The position numbers and the translations under genes were made by a program. From NCBI GenBank assembly GCA_045546295.1, contig JAZQCP010000013.1, positions 138,152-202,151 on the forward strand: a stretch of 64,000 nt of DNA. Reading direction: 5' to 3'. Of this stretch, positions 27,575-36,291 are shown piece after piece. Within the stretch, counting starts at the first letter, position 1. Each line of letters begins with the position of its first letter. The notes beneath the pieces were generated by a model. The model was not told the origin of the DNA. It did not search any database and was given only the letters and a program-made list of their open reading frames with translations. This stretch comes from Candidatus Nanosyncoccaceae bacterium (GTDB lineage: Bacteria; Patescibacteriota; Saccharimonadia; Saccharimonadales; Saccharimonadaceae).

Positions 27575-28795
27575 TCACGTGATTGAATGGTCGAGATAGC
27601 GAGTAGAGCCAAATGGAATTTTAGTTTTCACATGCTCGGTGCTATGCGAGGCAGCGGAATGGACTTTGCGCGAGCCGAAGCGGTAATTAATCTTATCGAT
27701 GGCGGCACAGACACTCTCGGCGCGGTCGATTTGTTTTTGATAGAGGGTTAGCTGCGCGTCGGCTTCTTTTTGTAGCTTATAGAGCGTAATACCAATAATA
27801 CGGACGGGGCTGGGTAAGTTTAGAAAAAGTTGACTGGCGCAGTTGCAGATGTCTCGATCGGTGTTAATTGCGCGTTTTAAAATAGTGGATTTATGCGAGT
27901 AGACATCGTCGTAGCCATAAGTCCAGACGTAGACGCCGCGTGCGTAGAGGCGCTTACTGCGGAGGCGATAGCCAACGTCTTCGGAGAGATGCAGAATGCG
28001 GGCGCGGGTCTCTTCTCTAGTGAGATGGCGGCTCTCTAAGACATATTGGCGACCAACGGATTTAATATCGCTGACATAATCATCCACTTCGATGCCGCGT
28101 AGGCGCTGGTACCATTTGCTACCGTCAATGCTTTTACAAACGAGTTTAACGATGGTATCCTCGTCGGCATCGAGAAACTGAAGTGGTGTGTAAATACTAA
28201 CCGCGTTAAGGCGACGCTCCATGCGCGTATTGATGCCGGGAAGATCGGTTAGCTTGAGCTTGGCGAAGATGGCGCGTTGGTTGTCGGGGGTTATTTCGTC
28301 TAGACCGTCAGGTTTATGCAATTCGGCGGCGAGCTTAGCCAAGAAGCGGTTACTGCTAATACCAACGTTGCAGCGCATATAATCGCCGACTTCGGTAAGG
28401 AGACGTTGCTTAATTTCTTGACCAATTTCGGCGCGATTGCGAGTTTTGATGTGTGGCGGCGCGGCGGCGAGATTAATGACGCCTTCATCGATGGATTTCA
28501 TAGTGACATCGGCAGAGTAGTCTTGCATGATATGTTTGAGTTTGTTGTGTACGAAAATATACTTGCTTGGCTCGGTTTCAGCAAAAACTAAATCTGGACA
28601 AATTACGTTGGCCTCCGCGCGGCGCATGCCAACTTTAATGCCGCGCGCTTTTGCTTCGTAACTAGCGGCAATAATACAGGCGTTAGGAGTGATGCGATTA
28701 GTAATAGCGACAGGGCGCCCGCGCAGCATGGGGCGAGATTGTTGCTCAATGGTGGCAAAGCAAGAATTGAGATCAATGTACATGGTGTCATTCAT
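27575..28795 (-). CDS. dinB: Y-family DNA polymerase IV
   Basis: 406 aa with YIDLNSCFATIEQ and SIDEGV motifs. 8-nt overlap with the upstream 92-aa ORF. Confidence 0.9.
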   Translation of the reverse strand: MNDTMYIDLNSCFATIEQQSRPMLRGRPVAITNRITPNACIIAASYEAKARGIKVGMRRAEANVICPDLVFAETEPSKYIFVHNKLKHIMQDYSADVTMKSIDEGVINLAAAPPHIKTRNRAEIGQEIKQRLLTEVGDYMRCNVGISSNRFLAKLAAELHKPDGLDEITPDNQRAIFAKLKLTDLPGINTRMERRLNAVSIYTPLQFLDADEDTIVKLVCKSIDGSKWYQRLRGIEVDDYVSDIKSVGRQYVLESRHLTREETRARILHLSEDVGYRLRSKRLYARGVYVWTYGYDDVYSHKSTILKRAINTDRDICNCASQLFLNLPSPVRIIGITLYKLQKEADAQLTLYQKQIDRAESVCAAIDKINYRFGSRKVHSAASHSTEHVKTKIPFGSTRYLDHSIT

Positions 28796-29066
28796 AATGA
28801 TCTCCCTCGAATTCTAGATACCAGTTGAGTGAATCGGTATCGAGCGTAATGCGGTAATCGGTAGCGCCGTCGGTGATATCGAAGGCATAAATAGTTTTGA
28901 GCCCGTCGTATTTGGGGTGAACGAGGCCGACTTGAGCGATTTGCACTTCTCTGCCGGATTGAGTGCGAAAAGCGATGGGGCGGCAATGCCCAAGAATACT
29001 ACGCGAAAAGCTAGCATCGACGTCGATTGGTTCATGAAGGTTTGTTTGAAGAGAGTTTTGATTCAT
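28788..29066 (-). CDS. small hypothetical protein translationally coupled to dinB
   Basis: 92-aa ORF with AAGGA RBS. Its stop overlaps the dinB start (ATGAATGA). Confidence 0.55.
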   Translation of the reverse strand: MNQNSLQTNLHEPIDVDASFSRSILGHCRPIAFRTQSGREVQIAQVGLVHPKYDGLKTIYAFDITDGATDYRITLDTDSLNWYLEFEGDHYE

Positions 29067-29193
29067 AAAAATCCTTTACTGATTGCGTTTTTATAGATGT
29101 GGGTGACGCAATATTGGCGTCTGGAAATTTATGAATCTAAATCAGGGGCCGAAGCATGATTCGATTAGTTCTATTATAGCATGTTTGTGCAAG

Positions 29194-29219
29194 AAAAATG
29201 CCATCGCGTGAGCGATGGC
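29194..29219 (-). terminator. intrinsic terminator of the 75-aa gene
   Basis: The 8-bp stem GCCATCGC/GCGATGGC has a 4-nt loop, with a T-run on the minus strand (reverse complement of 29194-29198). Confidence 0.8.
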
Positions 29220-29242
29220 TTTGCCTACGATGGGCGATGGTC

Positions 29243-29467
29243 TTAGTAACCGAAGAGGCTGCGTGCGTCGTCGGACAGTCTGCGTCCGAGTCCGGCCTCA
29301 ATTTCCTGGAGACTCAAATCGGAGGTTACTCCACTGTACTGGCTCGGGTTGCTCTCGAGCGCGCGCGCCATTCTTTCGTATTCATCTCTTGATGTGCCGA
29401 AGCCCTGGCTGCCGGGTACGTCTACGCCGTTATTGTAGGTAAGTTTAATATAGTGCCCCATCATACC
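29243..29467 (-). CDS. small hypothetical protein (about 74 aa), GC-rich
   Basis: Start trimmed to the ATGATG that follows AAGGAGGTGG (reverse complement of 29471-29480). Product MMGHYIKLTYNNGVDVPGSQGFG... Followed by a strong terminator. Confidence 0.6.
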   Translation of the reverse strand, partial: GMMGHYIKLTYNNGVDVPGSQGFGTSRDEYERMARALESNPSQYSGVTSDLSLQEIEAGLGRRLSDDARSLFGY

Positions 29468-29684
29468 ACCTCCTTTGATGGGCGAGTATACCTTTGCAGT
29501 ATACGAGAAATGTACGTGTCGCTCGTAGTACTTATTGCGACTCTGGGAATAATATATCACGAGAAGAATAATCATGCAATAGTTTTTTGTGGTTTTTTGT
29601 CAAAATATGGCATTTTTTGCCCAAAACGGCGTGTAAATGATGGCGTGATATGCGCCTTGCGGTGTTAGATGATGTTGTTTCATG

Positions 29685-29710
29685 AAAAAACCACCGCATA
29701 TTGACGGTGG
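29685..29710 (-). terminator. intrinsic terminator of the zinc-ribbon gene
   Basis: The 6-bp stem CCACCG/CGGTGG has an 8-nt loop, with a T-run of 6 on the minus strand (reverse complement of 29685-29690). Confidence 0.7.
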
Positions 29711-29736
29711 CATGAGGCGGTTTGTGAGAGGCGCAA

Positions 29737-29940
29737 TCAGTAAATAATGCGCCGTCGGCCGCCGCAAAGAGGACATCTGCTTGCAGTGGGAAACAGTGTT
29801 ATGTCGATTCGCTGTCCTGTCCCTGAGCAACGGGGGCACACCTTTGTCCTATACTGCAACTGGCTATCCGTCGACTTGAGTGTCACTGGGAGCTTTCTCT
29901 CGTAAAGCCCTGAGACTATGCGACTACCAAAAAACAACAC
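29737..29940 (-). CDS. small zinc-ribbon protein with DnaJ-type CxxCxGxG motif
   Basis: 67 aa with a GTG start 7 nt after AAGGAGG. CPRCSGTG and CPLCGGRR form a 4-Cys site. Own TATAAT promoter region and terminator. Confidence 0.6.
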   Translation of the reverse strand: MLFFGSRIVSGLYERKLPVTLKSTDSQLQYRTKVCPRCSGTGQRIDITLFPTASRCPLCGGRRRIIY

Positions 29941-30033
29941 GTTTTCACCTCCTTTTTTGGGAAAAGAACACTTAAGGTTATCTAGAGCTATATAATTATA
30001 ATATTTTATTGGGAATATAGCAATAGTAGTGTT

Positions 30034-33000
30034 CTACGTTTCGGCAATTAGCTGGTCGTAGAATGCTTTTGTTGGGTTGCTGCTCTCTAGAGCCGCAGTA
30101 GTGTCTGGGAGATTGAGCGTCTTGATGTGGCGGAATACGGCCTGGATAAGATGTTTTATATCTGTGGAGTCTTTCTCGTTAAACTCTAGCTCTAATGAAA
30201 CAATATCGCCTTCGTCGTCTGGCGAGATATAGTCAATGCGTCCAGTCTTGACCTTGTAGCCACGAAAATCTTTAGAATTCTCGATTAGGAATTTATAAAA
30301 ATACAATTGGATTTTATAGGCAAATGTCGTGTCGTAGGTGCTCCATTTGTGCTTAGCGTTTCCAGTCTTGAAATCCGCGACGGTTATGGTTTTAGTATCT
30401 TCATCGATTTCTACGCGATCGATTTTGCCAGTTAAAATAGCGTCGCCAAGTGTGATGGTTTCCGTAAAGAAGCCGCGTTCAGATTCGGCGTTGGTGTTGC
30501 GAATCAAGTCGCCGCGTTCGCTGAGGAATTTGGCTAGCTCTGCCTGGCCGCGCTTATGCAGGTCCTCTTTGGTTTTTTCGTCCGTGTCGGCCTCATCGAT
30601 GCGTTTCTCGAACCGCTCGATAGCTTCCTCGTTGCTAATATTCTCCTTGTTAATCTCGTCCATTATCTCATGAATGAGGCTTCCGTAGATGAGGGCGAAG
30701 TTGTTGGATTCATCGCTAGGCTCGCCAATGATGTAGCTACGTAAAAATGTGATAGGGCCTTCTCCGTAGCGTAAATCCAGGAAGGTGTTAAGATGGGTCG
30801 GTGAAATGCGATATCTCTCGACATATGGCAAGAGTAGGTTTTTGCGGGTTTCGTCGTCGGGAATATAATTGTCGAGCCACTTATCTGGGGCGATGTCGCT
30901 TGGTTGTAATTCGTCGGCTTCGCTAGGGATAATCTCGGCATATTCCTCTGGAGTAACCTTGCTAATTTGAGAATGATTTTCGTTTTCGCGGATATCTAGA
31001 TATTTCAGACGGTCGGCAGTGTGTCCGGCAAAGTCGGAGAGGCTGTAGGTAAGGTGCAAATATGCTTTTGCGCGAGTTAGTGCAACGAAGAACACGCGAA
31101 TTTTCTCGTCGGCCGAGTCGCCGGTATGGCGGACATGCTCAAGGTTGCGTGGTAGGGTGATAAGATCAGTATTCCCTTTTGCTTCGCTCCAGTTTTTGTT
31201 ATTGGCCGCAATCAAGAATACGTGTTCGTATTCTAGTCCCTTGGCGGAGTGCACGGTTTGTAGTTGTACGGCCGTGTCGGATTCGTGGTAAGGCGATTTA
31301 TTTAAGATAGCCATTTCGGCGTTATTGTAGGCGTCTAGCATATGTATAAAATCGGCTAGCTTGAGTTTTTCGCTATTTCTAGTCTTTTTCGCTGAAAGCA
31401 TGTCGCGAAGTGTGTTTAGGTTGCTAAATAGCTCGTAATTATCAAGTTCGTCATCAAAGAGTTTTTTACAGGCAATATTGATGATATATTCGGCCGAATA
31501 CGTTTCCGTTTGGGCGGAAAGTTCAGTGATAAAATTCGCGATTTCTTTCAACTGTTCATTATCTCCCTCAAGCATATGCTCGAGAATGCTCTGTTTGCTG
31601 TATTTTGCCGATTGAATTAATTCGATGATGGTTTTGGGTTTGAGATTCCAACATGGCATGGACAATAATTGGAACCAGTATGTGTCGGCGTATTTTGGAT
31701 TCTGTGCGATGGCGAGTAATGTGTGGCAAAAATTGAGCAGCTCGTTAATGTTGCTATCCTCAAGGATATTTTCGCGACGCGTGTATGAAACGGGAATATT
31801 TAGCGCGTGAAGGTACGGCAAAATAGAGACTAGGTATTTATGCTTTGGCGCGATGATAGCGATATTGTTCCCTGCTGTGCCATTATCGAGTATTTTGCGT
31901 ATTTCGCGAGCGATGTATGAATACTCGGCTTGATAGGCTTTAAATTCACGGATTTCGATATTTGTTTGGTCGGGTGCGTTTTCGGCCGAGATATGCTTAT
32001 CAATATTGACGTTTGGCGCCTTACAGAAACGGTCCGTCGCCTGTTCAATAATATTGTGCGATAGTTCAAGAATTGGTGCCGAGGAGCGGTAGTTCTTGGT
32101 AAGGAAGATTTGTTTAGGGTGATATTTGGCATCAAAATCGAAGAAGTTAGACGTATTGGCGCCTTGAAAGCCATAAATGGCCTGATCGTCGTCGCCGACG
32201 GCCATAATATTTGGTTTACCTTCATTGCTAGGATTGTCGGTAAGTAGGCTAACTAACTGTGCTTGAGCGTCATTGGTATCTTGAAACTCGTCGAGTAGGA
32301 TATACTGAAAGCGTTCTTGGGCGTTATAGCGTTTTTCGGCATCATTCTTAAGCAAGTCGATGGCGTTTAGGATCATGTCATCATAGTCGAAGAGTCCAGA
32401 CGCGTTTAGCGCGGCACTATACTTTTCCATAATATTGGCGAGGCTGAGCAATTTTTTATTAGCAATGTCGTCGCCAAAAACATAGTTGTTGTTTTTGTCC
32501 TTTTTGAAATATTTATCTCGCCACTTCCCCGGTAGCTTTGAAGATGGTTTAGCGGAATTTTCTTCTGCAAGTAGAGCTTCGGCGAGCGAGCGGTAGTAAA
32601 TATTTGCGACTGGTTCGACTTTCCCAACAATATATTCGGGCGAGCTTGGCGCATCGACGAAAGTTTTGATGGCGTCAAGGATACGCCCGTATACTTCAGC
32701 GGATTTTGGGTAGCGCAAGCCGCGCGTGTTTTGGATTTCTTCTGATATGGCAGAATTAATCTTAGCGGAATCAATCTGGTTGCGATTGACGATTTTGCGA
32801 ATATCTTCTGGTGATAGAGCTGCGGATTTCAAGTCGGAAATAGCGGAAATGATAGAGCTAGTATAAAACTCCGGGCGCAGAATATCAGTCGGGTCGAGTG
32901 ATTCTTGGATGCTGCGAATCATAGTAAAACGTTCAAGCTCGTCAATGGCGGCAGTTAAATCTGGACGATGTTCCTGAAGAATGTAGGAGCCAAAAGCGTG

Positions 33001-33270
33001 ATAGGTTTGAATTTGGACTTTATAAGCCTCGGGGCCAATAAAATCGGCGAGACGCTTGCGCATATTACTAGCGCCGGTTTCAGTAAAAGTTAAACAAAGG
33101 ATGTTTTCTGGCCCGACGTCGGTTTGTCTAAGAATATTGGCAACGCGAACGGAAAGAAGCTGAGTCTTGCCGGTGCCTGGTCCCGCAATAACTAATAACG
33201 GTCCGTCGATATGGTCAACAGCGGCGCGCTGCTGGTCGTTAAGGTGTTGATAAGCGTTCTCGAATTCCAT
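30034..33270 (-). CDS. UvrD/PcrA-family helicase fused to a C-terminal PD-(D/E)XK (RecB/Cas4-like) nuclease domain
   Basis: 1078 aa with AGPGTGKT (motif I), LLDEFQDTN (motif II) and further SF1 motifs. The C-terminus has GKIDRVEID ... VADFKTG, a nuclease-like signature. Confidence 0.85.
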   Translation of the reverse strand: MEFENAYQHLNDQQRAAVDHIDGPLLVIAGPGTGKTQLLSVRVANILRQTDVGPENILCLTFTETGASNMRKRLADFIGPEAYKVQIQTYHAFGSYILQEHRPDLTAAIDELERFTMIRSIQESLDPTDILRPEFYTSSIISAISDLKSAALSPEDIRKIVNRNQIDSAKINSAISEEIQNTRGLRYPKSAEVYGRILDAIKTFVDAPSSPEYIVGKVEPVANIYYRSLAEALLAEENSAKPSSKLPGKWRDKYFKKDKNNNYVFGDDIANKKLLSLANIMEKYSAALNASGLFDYDDMILNAIDLLKNDAEKRYNAQERFQYILLDEFQDTNDAQAQLVSLLTDNPSNEGKPNIMAVGDDDQAIYGFQGANTSNFFDFDAKYHPKQIFLTKNYRSSAPILELSHNIIEQATDRFCKAPNVNIDKHISAENAPDQTNIEIREFKAYQAEYSYIAREIRKILDNGTAGNNIAIIAPKHKYLVSILPYLHALNIPVSYTRRENILEDSNINELLNFCHTLLAIAQNPKYADTYWFQLLSMPCWNLKPKTIIELIQSAKYSKQSILEHMLEGDNEQLKEIANFITELSAQTETYSAEYIINIACKKLFDDELDNYELFSNLNTLRDMLSAKKTRNSEKLKLADFIHMLDAYNNAEMAILNKSPYHESDTAVQLQTVHSAKGLEYEHVFLIAANNKNWSEAKGNTDLITLPRNLEHVRHTGDSADEKIRVFFVALTRAKAYLHLTYSLSDFAGHTADRLKYLDIRENENHSQISKVTPEEYAEIIPSEADELQPSDIAPDKWLDNYIPDDETRKNLLLPYVERYRISPTHLNTFLDLRYGEGPITFLRSYIIGEPSDESNNFALIYGSLIHEIMDEINKENISNEEAIERFEKRIDEADTDEKTKEDLHKRGQAELAKFLSERGDLIRNTNAESERGFFTETITLGDAILTGKIDRVEIDEDTKTITVADFKTGNAKHKWSTYDTTFAYKIQLYFYKFLIENSKDFRGYKVKTGRIDYISPDDEGDIVSLELEFNEKDSTDIKHLIQAVFRHIKTLNLPDTTAALESSNPTKAFYDQLIAET

Positions 33271-33275
33271 ATAAT
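33247..33275 (+). promoter_or_regulatory. promoter TTGATA-17-TATAAT for the 733-aa gene, embedded in the helicase start region
   Basis: -35 at 33247-33252 and -10 at 33270-33275, which overlaps the helicase start codon at 33268-33270. The ATG at 33284 is 8 nt downstream, with no SD. Confidence 0.55.
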
Positions 33276-33276
33276 A

Positions 33277-33305
33277 ATTATATATGGCAAGAGGTGATGG
33301 CGCAA
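33277..33305 (-). promoter_or_regulatory. promoter TTGCGC-17-TATAAT for the helicase-nuclease gene, embedded in the 733-aa gene start region
   Basis: Minus-strand TATAAT is the reverse complement of 33277-33282. The ATG at 33270 is 6 nt downstream, and the -35-like TTGCGC is the reverse complement of 33300-33305. Confidence 0.55.
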
Positions 33306-35485
33306 AGAATGGGGATGCTATTTTTAGCTTCGAAAAAGCTGGCGATTTCGAAAAAATATGTCGCCGGATTGTATATTTTGAGACGATAATACCGCGCTAT
33401 TCATCTTTGCATGATGCGGTGATGCATTTCTACGTACTGGATGGTCGAAAATTGAAGGAATATGAGTTGAAGTATGCTGACAACCCAGATGCCTATAATG
33501 AGATTATTCGCGCATTGGATCAATATGAAGTAATTGATATGTTTCGTTCGTATCGGTTTCATATTATCTCGCGTTCGGTGCGCGTGTTGATGCGGAAGGG
33601 TATTTCGTTTGACGCAAATGGTGATTTGGGTGGATTTGTGTTTCAAAGCTATAAGACAAGTCATTTAGTTAGTCCAAAATATCGTGAGATATTCGATCGA
33701 CTACGAAAAGATACTTATGGCCACATAGACGGCACAGCTCAACTCGTAAAATTGAGTCGGCTGCTAAAAAACGAGCGCTTTTTAAAGATACATAATGAAT
33801 ATTTTGGCAAATTGGGTGTTGCGGCATTGAATGACAGTGCCGTAATGAAATCACGCTACGCGGATTGTTTGACTAGTAATAGTATTGTGACTGATGCGGT
33901 ACAGTTTAGAGAATACCTAGATATTATTAATACGATTCCGATGTCGGATTTTGCCGAACCAAGTATTATTTCACAGATGTCTGGCGATTCGCTCAAGATT
34001 AAAAACATTTTGGAAGACAACTATTGCAATTTTTTGTTTGTTGATGAAGATGAGATGGATTTTATGTGCGTCTTACTAGCGCGCTTTCTGTGCCCGGATG
34101 ATTTTATAATTAGCACCGAAGATTGGGTAAGAGCGGTCAGTTACGAGCGTTGTATTGGTGGGGATTCACATTTAAGATTTGATGAAGATAAGCTGGATTT
34201 TGAACGCGAGCTATTAGTCTTTCGTGCTTGTTATATTTTTGATAAAGTGGATGTTGCAAAGTTGGTTCATTTCTTTTACGATTTCTTTGAATATAATAAT
34301 TTGTCGCGAAATGTTGGTACGTTCTATGAGCGCCTGAATGATTTATTGGGGGAGGATATCCGGGAAAAGTTTTTACGTCTCGAAACTATAAATGTTAGTC
34401 TCAAAAGCTATACGGAAACGAACGATCCGTGCGTTTTTTTTAAGTATCCGCAACTTGTGAATTTCTCTACTGCTGTAGATAGGCAAATTCAAAAAGAAAT
34501 AATTTCTGGAGAATATAATCGGAATTTTATTGCCTTTTATCTATGTAATTATATGCAGGTGGCGGATTACAAAAAATACAGCAATGTTTTGCCTGCGGTT
34601 GTGAGCATTCTTAAGAATTTAACTATAAAAAACGATGAAGATTATAACTTGTATTGGATGGCGTGTGATCTTTTGAATTATTTTTGGAAAACTTTGCCAG
34701 GCGAAGATGTCGGCTTAAATAATGTGATGGAAAAACTTGTATATGAGTTGTTTTGGCCGCGCGTTGGCGATGTTTGGCCAATAAAGAATCGTAATCGTAT
34801 TAAATATGTGAATGAGTCCGAAAAAGATGAGTTTGAAGAAGCTCTGGGTTGGGTGTTGTGCCTAGACGGGGTTAAGCGATACGATTCGAAATTAAAAGCT
34901 TTTCTGAACAGTTATGTGACTGATAAATATAAGGTTGCGGATGACGTTGAGAATAAATGCCATGATCTTTGGTTTGCTAAGCAAAAGAATAAGAGCATTG
35001 AAAAATATGTTCATTCTGCCGATGCGAAACTTAGTCGGGTTTATTATAGCGCAGTCTTTTGCGATGATATTGACAAGGTTGATTTGTTTAAGTATCTTCT
35101 GGCGCGGAAAAAGATAACTAGCAATGAAGTTTATGCGATGGAGCAGCTATTTTTGCAGTTTAAGGATGCGAAAAATAGTAAAGCACTATATGGCGCTATT
35201 CTTGAAGAATATGATAAGCTGACGGCGTTTTATAAAGATTATGACGACAAGCCCGAGATGGCAAAGCGGCACCTTTTTGACGGTTTTGCCTCGTTGTGCG
35301 AGTCGGCTACGAATGATATTGAGCGAGACTATTTGAGGCAGCTTTCGGAGAAGTGCAAAGATTCTCTTGGTCAGGAATACGATGGCAGAATTGCGCGAAC
35401 GCTTTTAGTGGCCGATGCGCATATACGCCAAACGAGCTTTCAGATAAAAGATGTCTCGGTGGGTTATATTGAAGGGTTACTTTAG
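33284..35485 (+). CDS. large orphan cytoplasmic protein (no recognisable motif)
   Basis: 733-aa uninterrupted ORF, AT-richer than its neighbours by eye. No TM segment and no nucleotide-binding or catalytic signature recognised. Its 3' end overlaps gpsA convergently by 4 nt. Confidence 0.7.
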   Translation: MARGDGAKNGDAIFSFEKAGDFEKICRRIVYFETIIPRYSSLHDAVMHFYVLDGRKLKEYELKYADNPDAYNEIIRALDQYEVIDMFRSYRFHIISRSVRVLMRKGISFDANGDLGGFVFQSYKTSHLVSPKYREIFDRLRKDTYGHIDGTAQLVKLSRLLKNERFLKIHNEYFGKLGVAALNDSAVMKSRYADCLTSNSIVTDAVQFREYLDIINTIPMSDFAEPSIISQMSGDSLKIKNILEDNYCNFLFVDEDEMDFMCVLLARFLCPDDFIISTEDWVRAVSYERCIGGDSHLRFDEDKLDFERELLVFRACYIFDKVDVAKLVHFFYDFFEYNNLSRNVGTFYERLNDLLGEDIREKFLRLETINVSLKSYTETNDPCVFFKYPQLVNFSTAVDRQIQKEIISGEYNRNFIAFYLCNYMQVADYKKYSNVLPAVVSILKNLTIKNDEDYNLYWMACDLLNYFWKTLPGEDVGLNNVMEKLVYELFWPRVGDVWPIKNRNRIKYVNESEKDEFEEALGWVLCLDGVKRYDSKLKAFLNSYVTDKYKVADDVENKCHDLWFAKQKNKSIEKYVHSADAKLSRVYYSAVFCDDIDKVDLFKYLLARKKITSNEVYAMEQLFLQFKDAKNSKALYGAILEEYDKLTAFYKDYDDKPEMAKRHLFDGFASLCESATNDIERDYLRQLSEKCKDSLGQEYDGRIARTLLVADAHIRQTSFQIKDVSVGYIEGLL

Positions 35486-36264
35486 TCTATTTGACCAACA
35501 AGGTCATATATTTCGTCGAGAATCATATAATCTGCATGGTCGATTTTGCTGAGCGCAGATACGCCTTCGACAGTCTTTAGCTCGTCGATTATTTCTGGTA
35601 AACTCTTTCCTTCGCGTAGGCGAACGCCGCACGTGTAGTTGCGAGAAGTGTCGTGAGTACAGGTAAGAATTAGGTCGCCAATGCCGCAGGCTAGTTCGGC
35701 CGTGTACGGCTGAGCGCCGTGGTCTTTGAGGTATTTTTGCATTTCGGCATGAGCGTGTTGGATAAAAATGGCTGAATCGTTTTCAGAGTCGCCATGATAG
35801 CCGGCGCCGATAGCATAGATGTTCTTGAGTGAGCCGCAAAGTAGGATGCCGAGTAAATCTTCTTGCAGCTCGATTTGGATTTGCTCGTTCTTTAGTAGCC
35901 CCATAGCGAAGGGTGCGGAAGCGGTAAATGTGGCGGGTTTCCCGTCGATTATTTCTTGAGCAAAGCCTGGTCCGGAAATGGCTGAAAACTGTTCAAAATC
36001 GTCAAATATGCTGGGGTCGCAGATGCCTTTTGTCGCCAAAATGGTCGGGAGCTTTTTTAGGTGCGAAGGGTATGTTTCGAGAAATTCTGGCAGATTGGCC
36101 GATGGAATAACGATAGCGATGGCGTTGGCTTGGTAAGTGGCCTGCTCTAGTGGTATGTCTGGGTAGACGTAAGGGTCGTAATATTTTACTTCGTGATGGT
36201 TGTCGGTGAGAATTTTGCCGAGCGCTTTTCCAAATACGCCAGCTCCAAGAATCGAGATAATCAT
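35482..36264 (-). CDS. gpsA: NAD(P)H-dependent glycerol-3-phosphate dehydrogenase (short form)
   Basis: 260 aa with ILGAGVFGKALG, ILATKGI, GPGFAQEI, LKNIYAIGAG and TCTHDTSRNYTCG motifs. Leaderless-type start: TGtTAGAAT -10 at 36271-36279, 6 nt spacer, ATG at 36264. Confidence 0.85.
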   Translation of the reverse strand: MIISILGAGVFGKALGKILTDNHHEVKYYDPYVYPDIPLEQATYQANAIAIVIPSANLPEFLETYPSHLKKLPTILATKGICDPSIFDDFEQFSAISGPGFAQEIIDGKPATFTASAPFAMGLLKNEQIQIELQEDLLGILLCGSLKNIYAIGAGYHGDSENDSAIFIQHAHAEMQKYLKDHGAQPYTAELACGIGDLILTCTHDTSRNYTCGVRLREGKSLPEIIDELKTVEGVSALSKIDHADYMILDEIYDLVGQID

Positions 36265-36291
36265 AGGATTATTCTAACATAAATAAGATCA

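Noticed and set aside
29067-29200. Canonical LexA (Cheo/SOS) box upstream of the dinB operon
   Set aside because: No GAAC-N4-GTTC or CTGT-N8-ACAG match was found by eye. Only the GACGC..GCGTC inverted repeat was noted.
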